Positions 56,383 to 64,000 of a stretch of 64,000 bases of DNA are shown in pieces. Made by a program: the position numbers and the translations under genes. Below the pieces are notes generated by a model. That model was not told the DNA's origin and made no database searches. It worked only from the letters and a program-made list of their open reading frames with translations. Origin of the DNA: Patescibacteria group bacterium (GTDB taxonomy: Bacteria; Patescibacteriota; Minisyncoccia; Phycocordibacterales; Phycocordibacteraceae); assembly GCA_019752595.1 (NCBI GenBank), contig JAIELV010000001.1, positions 726,240 through 790,239 of the forward strand, given 5' to 3'. How positions within the stretch are numbered: position 1 is the stretch's first letter; each line of letters begins with the position of its first letter.

Positions 56383-57096
56383 TTAATTTTGTATACTTGT
56401 CCCTTTAAATTCCTTGCCGTCGATTGCGGAAAGAGCGTTTTCTAGGTCTGCGCCGTTTACTATCGAAACGGATATTTTGAGTGCCTCTGCTTCTTTTGCA
56501 GCGATAGGGTCAAACGGAGCAGAGATAGAAGGGCTCCATTCATGGGGGAGCATGGCGCGAAGTTGGATCCAGGAAATCTTTTCGATAGGTTTTGCGTTAG
56601 GGTCTTTCTTTGGATCCGCGGTGTAGACGTAGTCAATGTTTGAAATATTTACCATTTTGGTCGCGCCGTACATTTTTGAAAGCAAGACGGCATCGTAATC
56701 AGTTGAACGTCCCGGCACCCATCCGCCCGCAATCAATACAGGAGTTTTCCAGTCCATTTTTTTCGTCGGGTCTTTGTTCACGTCGGGGTGGGCGATTTCG
56801 CCGAATGTAAGGCGTACTAATTCTGCGTTCAGGTGCGTGGCGTAGATGCCTATCCAATCTCCGTCTTCCGGTTTTTGATTACCTGCCGCTTTCAGAGCTT
56901 CGTAGTAGTTTCGTGCAGTTCTTCCGCCTCCGACGACAATCACGAATCGGCGCCCTTCTTTTGTACGTGCCGTTATTTGGTCAACAAACGCCTTTACCAG
57001 GACTCCGTTCGGGAGCTCAGGGGCGACCATAGAACCGCCGAGGGATATGACCGTAATAGGGGACTTTTTGTCGTCAAAACCGAACATACAAAGCAC
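56383..57096 (-). CDS. pyrH: UMP kinase, archaeal-type (amino-acid kinase fold)
   Basis: ITVISLGGSMVAPE...VIVVGGGRTARNY...YTADPKKDP pattern matches archaeal-type PyrH (~225 aa). Confidence 0.65.
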   Translation of the reverse strand: MLCMFGFDDKKSPITVISLGGSMVAPELPNGVLVKAFVDQITARTKEGRRFVIVVGGGRTARNYYEALKAAGNQKPEDGDWIGIYATHLNAELVRLTFGEIAHPDVNKDPTKKMDWKTPVLIAGGWVPGRSTDYDAVLLSKMYGATKMVNISNIDYVYTADPKKDPNAKPIEKISWIQLRAMLPHEWSPSISAPFDPIAAKEAEALKISVSIVNGADLENALSAIDGKEFKGTSIQN

Positions 57097-57110
57097 TATA
57101 GCAGGCTCTG

Positions 57111-57413
57111 TTATTTCGATTGGAGTTTTTCTCTTATGACCTGGTTAACCAATGCAAAGTTATCAGATTGAATCTGGCTTAATCCCGTTTCTGTCCTATG
57201 TCCTTGAAACCTGCCCCCCGCGGAGTAGACGGCTACTTTTTGCGGCTTCTGCTGCGCATCAGTAAGGTAATCCCTTATCTCCAGTAATGTTCCGGCAGAA
57301 AAATCCACAACCTCTTCATGAGTGTAGTGCCTAAATCCATAAAAATAGACCCGCGTTTGTCCGTTCGGTAAGTCTGTCCTGCCCCCGCTCGCTTCAATAC
57401 CTGCTCTTGGCAT
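57111..57413 (-). CDS. hypothetical protein, 100 aa
   Basis: ORF track. Confidence 0.3.
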   Translation of the reverse strand: MPRAGIEASGGRTDLPNGQTRVYFYGFRHYTHEEVVDFSAGTLLEIRDYLTDAQQKPQKVAVYSAGGRFQGHRTETGLSQIQSDNFALVNQVIREKLQSK

Positions 57414-57515
57414 AAGATTGGATTATGTATCATTTTGACTATTTTGTCAAAAACCCCCTTTATATAAGGAGTTTTTATCCACCCGTTCTCCCCAAAAGGC
57501 CTATTTTGAGGCTAG

Positions 57516-57544
57516 TTGACGCGCCCGTAGGGCTAGGGTAGTAT
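57516..57544 (+). promoter_or_regulatory. sigma70-type promoter TTGACG-17-TAGTAT upstream of the 16S gene
   Basis: read directly. Confidence 0.5.
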
Positions 57545-57550
57545 GCCCGA

Positions 57551-57713
57551 ACGTCTGAGCTATGGCTCGGCGGACTGTTCGGGAGGGTCTGCGGATCAAC
57601 CCGACGGTAAAGCTAATCTTCACATCTCTGATGCCCATGATTGAGTAACTATCGATTCATTCGAAAGAAACAAAATCCTGTTGGTGTCGAAGTGTGAGCT
57701 TCGGCTTTTTTTT
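57551..57713 (+). ncRNA. ~160-nt promoter-to-terminator unit upstream of 16S (small RNA or 28-aa micro-ORF MARRTVREGLRINPTVKLIFTSLMPMIE)
   Basis: hairpin CCCGAAC...GTTCGGG; terminator GTCGAAG-tgtgag-CTTCGGC + TTTTTTTT at 57686-57713. Confidence 0.3.
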
Positions 57714-57966
57714 GCCCATAGCGATCTTTGACAACTAAATAACCAATCTATCTGTAGCAATCAGATAGGTTGTGTACCACAAGTACAATTAAACCAAGTG
57801 TACTCATTAGACAGCTTAGGAGCGGTCTGATGAGTTAAGTGTTAAGTAACCAGTACCTTCCGGAGATGTAAAAATTTTCGTTAGGGAAAGTAACCAAGAG
57901 CTTTTGTTTTTCTTCTGTTCCGTCTGTTGATTCATGCATCTCAATTGAATGCATGAATCTTTACTG

Positions 57967-59420
57967 AGAGTTTGATCCTAGCTCAGGGTGAATGCTGGCG
58001 GCGTGGATAAGGCATGCAAGTCGAGTGGGTTTAGACCCACGGCAGACGAGGTAGTAACACGTAGGAACGTACCCCGAAGTCTGGGATATTCTGTCGAAAG
58101 ACAGCGCAATACCAGATGGTCTCTAAGGAGTAAAGATTTATCGCTTCGGGAGCGGCCTGCGCAATATCAGCTAGTTGGTGAGGTAATGGCTCACCAAGGC
58201 TATGACGTTTAGGGGAGCTGAGAGGCTGACCCCCACCGATGGAACTGAGATACGGTCCTTACTCCTACGGGAGGCCGCAGTCGAGAATCTTCCGCAATGG
58301 ACGAAAGTCTGACGGAGCGACGCCGCGTGGTGGATGAAGTCCCTCTGGGACGTAAACACCTTTTATAGGGGATGAAGTTTTGACAGTACCCTAAGAATAA
58401 GGGGCTCCTAACTCTGTGCCAGCAGGAGCGGTAATACAGAGGCCCCAAGCATTACCCGGAATCACTGGGCGTAAAGGGTGCGTAGGTGGCGTGATTAGTC
58501 CTTCTTTAAATTCTCCGGGCTCAACCCGGAGACTCGGAGGGAAACGGTCATGCTGGAGGGTGTACGAGGTGTGTAGAACTCTAGGTGTAGGGGTGAAATC
58601 CGTTGATATCTAGGGGAATACCGAATGCGAAGGCAGCACACTGGGACATTCCTGACACTGAGGCACGAAAGCGTGGGTAGCGAAAAGGATTAGATACCCT
58701 TGTAGTCCACGCCCTAAACTATGTTCTCTGGCTTTGAGGAGTATCGACCCTCTTCGAGGCGAAGCTAACGCGTTAAGAGAACCGCCTGGGTAGTACGATC
58801 GCAAGATTAAAACTCAAAGGAATAGACGGGAACTCGCACAAGTAGTGGATCATGTGGCTTAATTCGTAGGTAAGCGAAGAACCTTACCAAGACTTGAAAC
58901 CTAGCTGCACGGCCTCCGAAAGGAGATCAGCCTTCGAGGGTGCTAGGCAGGTGGTGCATGGTCGTCGTCAGTTCGTGGCTTGAGCTGTTCCCTTAAGTGG
59001 GGAAACGAACGCAACCCCCGTTGCCTGTTTTAAATGTCAGGCGAGACTGCTCCCTCACGGGAGAGGAAGGTGGGGATGACGCCAGATCAGCATGCCCCTC
59101 TGATGTCTTGGGCTGCACACGTGATACAATGGCAACAACAAAGAGACGCAAGACGGTAACGTGGAGCAAATCTCAAAATGTTGCCTCAGTACGGATTGAG
59201 GTCTGCAACCCGACCTCATGAAGCTGGAATTACTAGTAATCGTGGGTCAGCCATACCACGGTGAATACGTTCTCGAGTTTTGTACTCACCGCCCATCAAC
59301 TCAAGGGAGCCGGGAATACCCGACGCTCGCGTTTATCGCGGTCCACGGTAAGTTCGGTGACAGGGAGTAAGTTGTAACAAGGCACGGGTAGCGGAAGCTG
59401 CTCGTGGAACAATTCCATGA
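57967..59420 (+). rRNA. rrs: 16S ribosomal RNA (~1454 nt), not adjacent to 23S; 3' tail CAAUUCC instead of CACCUCC
   Basis: AGAGTTTGATCCTAGCTCAG 5' end; conserved 515/800/1400 regions; helix 45 GGAA loop; processing stem CTGTTCCGTCTGTT (57917) / AACAGACGGAACAG (59534). Confidence 0.9.
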
Positions 59421-59634
59421 GGAAAAATGTTTCGCTTCGGCGAAATTGATAGTGTCGATTGTCTCTTCTTCTGGAGACATGGTAATGATGTACAACCATA
59501 AATGACATCCGGTACGCAGATTGCCGAAACTGCAACAGACGGAACAGAATAAAGATTGAAGCTCAAAAATTTGGTTCAGTGTCACTTGTGATTTTTTGCC
59601 CCATACCGCACGCCCTCGTGCGGTCTTTGTATAT

Positions 59635-59662
59635 TTGACTTACTGTTTCAAAGTGGTATAAT
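59635..59662 (+). promoter_or_regulatory. sigma70-type promoter TTGACT-16-TATAAT, 7 nt upstream of ATG 59670
   Basis: read directly. Confidence 0.55.
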
Positions 59663-59669
59663 ATAAAAA

Positions 59670-60023
59670 ATGGCTAATGCAGCAGAAAAACGAATATTTT
59701 CCTATCCCGATGGAGATCGCATGTGCGCATCTGGCCAGCGTCGCGCTGCGTTAACCGCGCTTGAACTCACACTCCGCGGAGCTGAAAAAGTGAAGGAGAG
59801 AATACTAAAGCGCGCGCTCATCGGCGAGAAAATGGTGCGAAACGGAGGCACTGCAAACAAACACGATCTTATTGCGTTTGTCGTTGCTGATTTGGTAACA
59901 GGTGGGGGTGTAGGCGAATTCATCGACCTCGAGACAGGCGATTACACACTCAACACGTTTGATGGGCGTTCATTCTCGAATAACATTTGGAACGACTTAC
60001 TGGCTGGTAAGCACATCTTTTAG
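59670..60023 (+). CDS. hypothetical protein, 117 aa
   Basis: consensus promoter directly upstream. Confidence 0.4.
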   Translation: MANAAEKRIFSYPDGDRMCASGQRRAALTALELTLRGAEKVKERILKRALIGEKMVRNGGTANKHDLIAFVVADLVTGGGVGEFIDLETGDYTLNTFDGRSFSNNIWNDLLAGKHIF

Positions 60024-60088
60024 TAAAAAAAGGTTGACATCGCGTCCACATTTCATACACTAGTGCTTCCACTGAATAATTCACTGAG

Positions 60089-61486
60089 TTGAAAACTACA
60101 CAAAAAAAGAAGGCGAAAAAGAACGGCTTTAAGCGGTTCTGGAAGTTAGGTCGCGAAGAATTCAATACGCAGTTTTTTGATATTACCGAAGGGGGCGACC
60201 TTTTGGTGAAAGAGGGGAATCACACCTACAACGTTCACTCACTTTTGAAAAAATACGGCTCTCCTTTGGAGGTGGTGTTTCCGTTCATTTTGGAATCCCG
60301 CGTTCGAAACCTCATCGACATTTTTGATGCGTACATCAAGCTGTACGGCTACAAAGGTAAGTTCTTCTACCACTACGCGATGAAGGTGAATCAGAACAAA
60401 GAGTTCGTCCTACCGGTTGTTTCCGAAGGCGGGCATTTTGACGTGGCATCTGTGAACGAACTATGGCTCGTGAAGAGGATGCTTGAGCAGAATCGCTTTA
60501 GCCCAAAAATCCGCGTAACCTGCAACGGCCCGAAAACAGAAGCGTACATCGCGCTTATTGAAGAATTGCGCGCAAAGGGGTTGACCATCATTCCGATTAT
60601 TGAGGACCATAATGAATTGGAGCGTTTCAAAAATTTCAAAGGTGAGACGGGCATTCGTTTGAATATGAACGTCCGTGTGCAATCGCACTGGGACAAGCGC
60701 TTCAACCGCTACGGCTTCCGCGAAGACGAAATTTTGAAGCTCGGCAAAATCAGAAACCTCTCTGTCTTGCACTACCACATCTCTTCCCAGATTGAGAAAG
60801 TAGAGGGTCTTATTGTTCCCTTGAAACGCGCCCTCTACATCTACGAAAAACTTCGCGAGAAGAATCCAAACTTGGACACCATCGACATGGGTGGCGGCGC
60901 AGGTATTCCGTATGAAAAGAAAGGGAAGTTCTATACGGGCAAGTCTGCCATCAACCGCATAGTGCGAACTGCAAAAACGTACTGTGAGAAATCAGGTATA
61001 AAGCACCCGAATCTCATTGTGGAGTGGGGGCGTTTCGTAGCAGCACCTGCACAGCTCACTCTGTACAAAATCATTTCAGAGAAAACCGTTTCCGAAGAAG
61101 GGAAGCGAAAGTGGTACATCATCGACGGGTCTTTCATGAACGACCTCTTGGACACGTGGGCGCTGAAACAAAAGTGGCACGTGACACCAGTCAACAACAT
61201 GAAGACGCGCAAGCTTCAGCGTGTGTGGTTTGCAGGCTCTTCCTGCGACTCTGACGACAAATACACAGCGGGAGGCGGGGATATTTCCATGCCGCGCCTT
61301 GAGGACTTGGAAAATGGCGACAGCCAGTTCGTAGCGTTCTACGACACAGGCGCGTACCAAGACCCATTGGCGTCGCACCATTGTTTATTGTCATCCCCTG
61401 CAAAAATCATCTGTCAGGACGGCGAGATAAAGGTTGCCCGTAAGCGTGAGACGAGCGAGGAGGTAGGGAAGCAGTTTGGTTGGTAG
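60089..61486 (+). CDS. speA: PLP-dependent arginine decarboxylase-like enzyme (SpeA-like, fold III Orn/DAP/Arg decarboxylase family), compact 465 aa
   Basis: SPLEVVFPFILESRVRNLIDIF parallels SpeA PLLIRFPQILQHRVRSIN; YAMKVNQN (PLP-Lys region); C-terminal beta-barrel domain. Confidence 0.6.
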   Translation: MKTTQKKKAKKNGFKRFWKLGREEFNTQFFDITEGGDLLVKEGNHTYNVHSLLKKYGSPLEVVFPFILESRVRNLIDIFDAYIKLYGYKGKFFYHYAMKVNQNKEFVLPVVSEGGHFDVASVNELWLVKRMLEQNRFSPKIRVTCNGPKTEAYIALIEELRAKGLTIIPIIEDHNELERFKNFKGETGIRLNMNVRVQSHWDKRFNRYGFREDEILKLGKIRNLSVLHYHISSQIEKVEGLIVPLKRALYIYEKLREKNPNLDTIDMGGGAGIPYEKKGKFYTGKSAINRIVRTAKTYCEKSGIKHPNLIVEWGRFVAAPAQLTLYKIISEKTVSEEGKRKWYIIDGSFMNDLLDTWALKQKWHVTPVNNMKTRKLQRVWFAGSSCDSDDKYTAGGGDISMPRLEDLENGDSQFVAFYDTGAYQDPLASHHCLLSSPAKIICQDGEIKVARKRETSEEVGKQFGW

Positions 61487-61490
61487 AAAA

Positions 61491-61518
61491 AACGACACGG
61501 GGTGTCGTTTTTTCTTCA
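61491..61518 (+). terminator. rho-independent terminator after speA-like gene
   Basis: AACGACACGG-ggtgtcgtt + TTTTTT. Confidence 0.65.
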
Positions 61519-61522
61519 GCCG

Positions 61523-61578
61523 TCCTCGGCTCGGAAATGAAAACTCAGAAGCTTTCATTTCCCTCGCTCTACGTCGGC
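61523..61578. repeat. terminator-proximal stem-loop element, copy C
   Basis: TCCTCGGCTCG-GAAATGAAA-actcagaagc-TTTCATTTCC-CTCGCTCTACGTCGGC. Confidence 0.6.
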
Positions 61579-61593
61579 TGTAAAATGTTTTGA

Positions 61594-62256
61594 ATGGCAA
61601 ATCTAAGAAAACTCAATTGGTTTGCGTTATCCGCGCTTCACAACGCAGTTCGACTGCATGGTGATGCAATCTATCTTTACCAAAACCAACGCTACCCGTC
61701 GGCATTTCTACTATCAGTTCTTTCTCAAGAAGAAATCGGGAAAGCATTGATGATAAGTAACTATATTTTTTCAAACTCTGAAGGGGGTATCCCTTCAGAA
61801 TATGAAACTGAATGGCTCAAGCTTTTATATAAACACCCGCATAAACAAGCAGTATTTCTCACTGGGGCTTTTGACTTAATTTTAAAAAGAAATTGGGGGA
61901 TTCAGGGCAGCGTATTCGATGGAGCTCTTGAAACCAAAAAACAGAACGCCACATACGTAAGCTTACAAAAAAGAGCTAAGAAAATAGATATAAAAGGGAA
62001 GGTTTTACAGCCAAATATCAAGCGTGCAACCGCCGAAAAACAAATAACTCTGATAAATGATTACTTGCTTAACGCCAGCGCAGGGCAGATTACCAAAACT
62101 TTTGGATTGGAAATCGATGACATAAATCGTGTTTTAAACAGGAAGCTTCTAAAAGAATTGAAAAGAGATTGGAAAAAGCGGGGCGCTCACATTAAAAAAC
62201 GGCTCCAGATGTTCAAAGAATTCTCAAAAAAATACAATATTCCGCTAGAGATATAA
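61594..62256 (+). CDS. hypothetical protein, possibly AbiV/HEPN-like (abortive-infection family)
   Basis: N-terminal helical pattern ALSALHNAVRLHGDAIYLYQNQRYPSAFLLSVLSQEEIGKAL resembles AbiV-family N-termini; AT-rich gene. Confidence 0.3.
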   Translation: MANLRKLNWFALSALHNAVRLHGDAIYLYQNQRYPSAFLLSVLSQEEIGKALMISNYIFSNSEGGIPSEYETEWLKLLYKHPHKQAVFLTGAFDLILKRNWGIQGSVFDGALETKKQNATYVSLQKRAKKIDIKGKVLQPNIKRATAEKQITLINDYLLNASAGQITKTFGLEIDDINRVLNRKLLKELKRDWKKRGAHIKKRLQMFKEFSKKYNIPLEI

Positions 62257-62293
62257 ATGGGCGCCCCCAAGGGAAGGCGACTATAATGGTCTC

Positions 62294-62791
62294 ATGAAGC
62301 AATTGCTTTTACTTAACCCCGAAAATGCCTCTGAAGAGGATGTTGCACAGTGGCAATTGCGAGAGGCGGCACGCGCAGTTGTTACGGACGAGGAAGGTCT
62401 GGTGGCTCTTTTGCATGTTTCTAAAGAAAATTACTACAAACTTCCTGGGGGTGGATTAGACAAAGCGGAAGATAAAATCACGGCGCTTCGCCGTGAGTGT
62501 ATCGAGGAAATAGGCTGCGATGTGGAGGTAACAAGTGAACTCGGCACTGTTGTTGAATACAGAAAGATTTTTGGGTTAAGACAGATTTCGTACTGCTATA
62601 CAGCCCGAGTTATAGGTGAGAAAGGGATTCCAGATTTTACGGAGAAAGAGAGAAGTAAGGGCTTTGAAATTGTGTGGCTTTCACCTGACGATGCCAAAAA
62701 AGCTCTCCTTACTAGTGAGGCAACAACGCCAGAAGGGAAGTTGTATATAGTTCCGCGAGATATTGCGATTCTCGAAGCCGCGGGATTTTAG
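62294..62791 (+). CDS. NUDIX hydrolase
   Basis: Nudix box GGGLDKAEDKITALRRECIEEIGC. Confidence 0.8.
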   Translation: MKQLLLLNPENASEEDVAQWQLREAARAVVTDEEGLVALLHVSKENYYKLPGGGLDKAEDKITALRRECIEEIGCDVEVTSELGTVVEYRKIFGLRQISYCYTARVIGEKGIPDFTEKERSKGFEIVWLSPDDAKKALLTSEATTPEGKLYIVPRDIAILEAAGF

Positions 62792-62836
62792 AGGTCAAGA
62801 AGCACTGCTGCTGTACAGGGGAAGGCAATGACGTCG

Positions 62837-63603
62837 TTATTCGGCTTTTTGGGTTTTGTCTATGCGGATAATCATTTTCTTATCTCGACTTTCAGTGACC
62901 GAAACTAAACACCCTAACTGACTAAAAAAAGCCTTGAATTCTTTTTGAAATACGGGCGATCGTTCCCAACCAACATACGGGTAGTCTGTGGAGTGAAGAC
63001 TAATACCGTCTTTTTTCAATTTTCCCACGAGGCTCTTAAAGACGTTTTTGCTCTGCTCTCCGAAAGTGAAAAAACTACCCCTTTGAAGACCTGCTTGTAA
63101 CTCAGCAGGATTTTCCGGACGTTCGTACTTTAAGTCCGAATAAAACGGGAATCCGCATACAGATACCGCCACGTCATACGTTTCATCCTGTATAGAAGAT
63201 AGGTCGTTCCAATCAAGAGCCAGAAAGTTTGCTCGGGCTTTTTCTTTTGCTTCTTCAAAGTCTTCTTGCTGTATTGCACCCGGGAAACTTGGCGGCCTGG
63301 TAATTTTTGGCTCCCGTTCGTTTTTTGCGATGTCCGCCGCCAATACTTCGTAGTCGGGGGCCGCATACGCTAGATTCAGAGAATCAACCCTGTCAGGGGC
63401 GGGTTGTTTTAGTTTTTTCCAGAGACGCATTTCAGCTGCGTAGCGACCCACACCTGAACCGACATCCAGCACAGTCTTCCCTCGCGTTATTGCTTGTAGT
63501 TCCGCTACGGACATCCCCAACTCCTCGGCGTATTTAGCGGTGTTTCTATCTGTGTGACTTGCAGCCACTTCGTACGCCGACTCTATTTTCGGCCCCGCCA
63601 TAA
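62837..63603 (-). CDS. class I SAM-dependent methyltransferase (start likely Met at 63601-63603)
   Basis: motif I VLDVGSGVGRY; acidic residue after beta-2. Confidence 0.6.
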
Positions 63604-63999
63604 TTACAGATCCAAAAGGACGGCAGCAATCCAGGGGAAGGCGACGGTGACGTCGGACTGGATGATGTTGTAGTAGCTGGAGGTTGAGAGTTTGTCCCAA
63701 GTGATTTTTTCTTTTCCGCCTGCGCCTGAGTATGAACCGTAGGACATTGGGGATGAGCCGATTTCTACGAATCCTGCCCAATCGCGCACGTCGTGCATTT
63801 TGAGGTCGTGCTTCATTGAAGGCACCGCGCAGATGACGAAGTCTGCAGCAATACCGCCACCGAGCTGGAGGAATGCTATCGGAGCGTCTTTTGATTCCTT
63901 TGCGTACCAGTCGTACATCAGGTGGAAATAATCAGGTCCTGTTTTCATCACGCTACCGTTGATGACGGTGTCGCTCTTATCTTTCAGGTCGCCCGTGTA
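63604..63999 (-). CDS. deoxyhypusine synthase family protein (homospermidine/deoxyhypusine synthase-like), C-terminal part; N-terminus runs off the window
   Basis: FLQLGGGIAADF and SYGSYSGAGGKEKITWDKL parallel the DHS ILGGGVVKHH and GSDSGARPDEAVSWGKI motifs. Confidence 0.5.
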   Translation of the reverse strand, partial: YTGDLKDKSDTVINGSVMKTGPDYFHLMYDWYAKESKDAPIAFLQLGGGIAADFVICAVPSMKHDLKMHDVRDWAGFVEIGSSPMSYGSYSGAGGKEKITWDKLSTSSYYNIIQSDVTVAFPWIAAVLLDL

Positions 64000-64000
64000 G

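Overview
This 64-kb window reads as a chromosomal segment from a small-genome, CPR/Patescibacteria-like bacterium. It is dense with housekeeping genes, many small hypothetical ORFs, unlinked rRNA genes and a 23S gene carrying insertions.

Identifiable genes, in order:
- secE-nusG-rplK, with rplJ-rplL 35 kb away and no rplA between them.
- A thymidylate/folate module: thyA-dcd-folA on the minus strand, then tmk and glyA; folD lies at 50 kb.
- Four aminoacyl-tRNA synthetases (argS, ileS, glyQS, metG), recO, tatD and rpsF-ssb-rpsR.
- efp, an ECF sigma factor with a putative anti-sigma factor, recA and ftsK.
- Two large surface proteins; one has a peptidoglycan-binding domain.
- 23S-5S rRNA at 40.7-44.5 kb, and 16S rRNA 13 kb downstream on the same strand.
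- A cell-envelope polysaccharide cluster (FtsW/RodA, GT4 glycosyltransferase, WbaP-like sugar transferase, epimerase), yhhQ, secDF and an archaeal-type pyrH.
- A SpeA-like decarboxylase, a possible AbiV-like protein, a NUDIX hydrolase, a methyltransferase and a partial deoxyhypusine-synthase-like gene at the 3' edge.

Most notable observations:
1. ileS carries an internal ~200-aa histidine-phosphatase (PGAM-like, RHG/SHG motifs) domain between the catalytic core and the C-terminal half.
2. A perfect 24-bp palindrome occurs three times (intragenic in-frame in argS; intergenic after metG; at the start of a CofE-like gene).
3. A ~55-nt stem-loop element with compensatory stem changes sits immediately downstream of intrinsic terminators in four places.
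4. A shared AGCTTTAAAGCT-containing motif appears in the rplJ-rplL spacer, upstream of the 23S 5' end and at the 5' edge of a 23S insertion.
5. The 23S gene has two insertions (~220 nt and ~422 nt) at canonical intron positions (L1931-like and L2593-like).
6. The 16S 3' tail reads CAAUUCC instead of CACCUCC. This fits a recurring pattern of consensus sigma70 promoters placed 6-9 nt upstream of ATG, i.e. leaderless genes.
7. Several promoter / micro-ORF / terminator units are present, one with three consecutive Arg codons upstream of argS.
8. Two CofE-like paralogs are present.

No CRISPR array, transposase or integrase was recognised. All homology calls are from reading the translated ORFs by eye; no database search was run.
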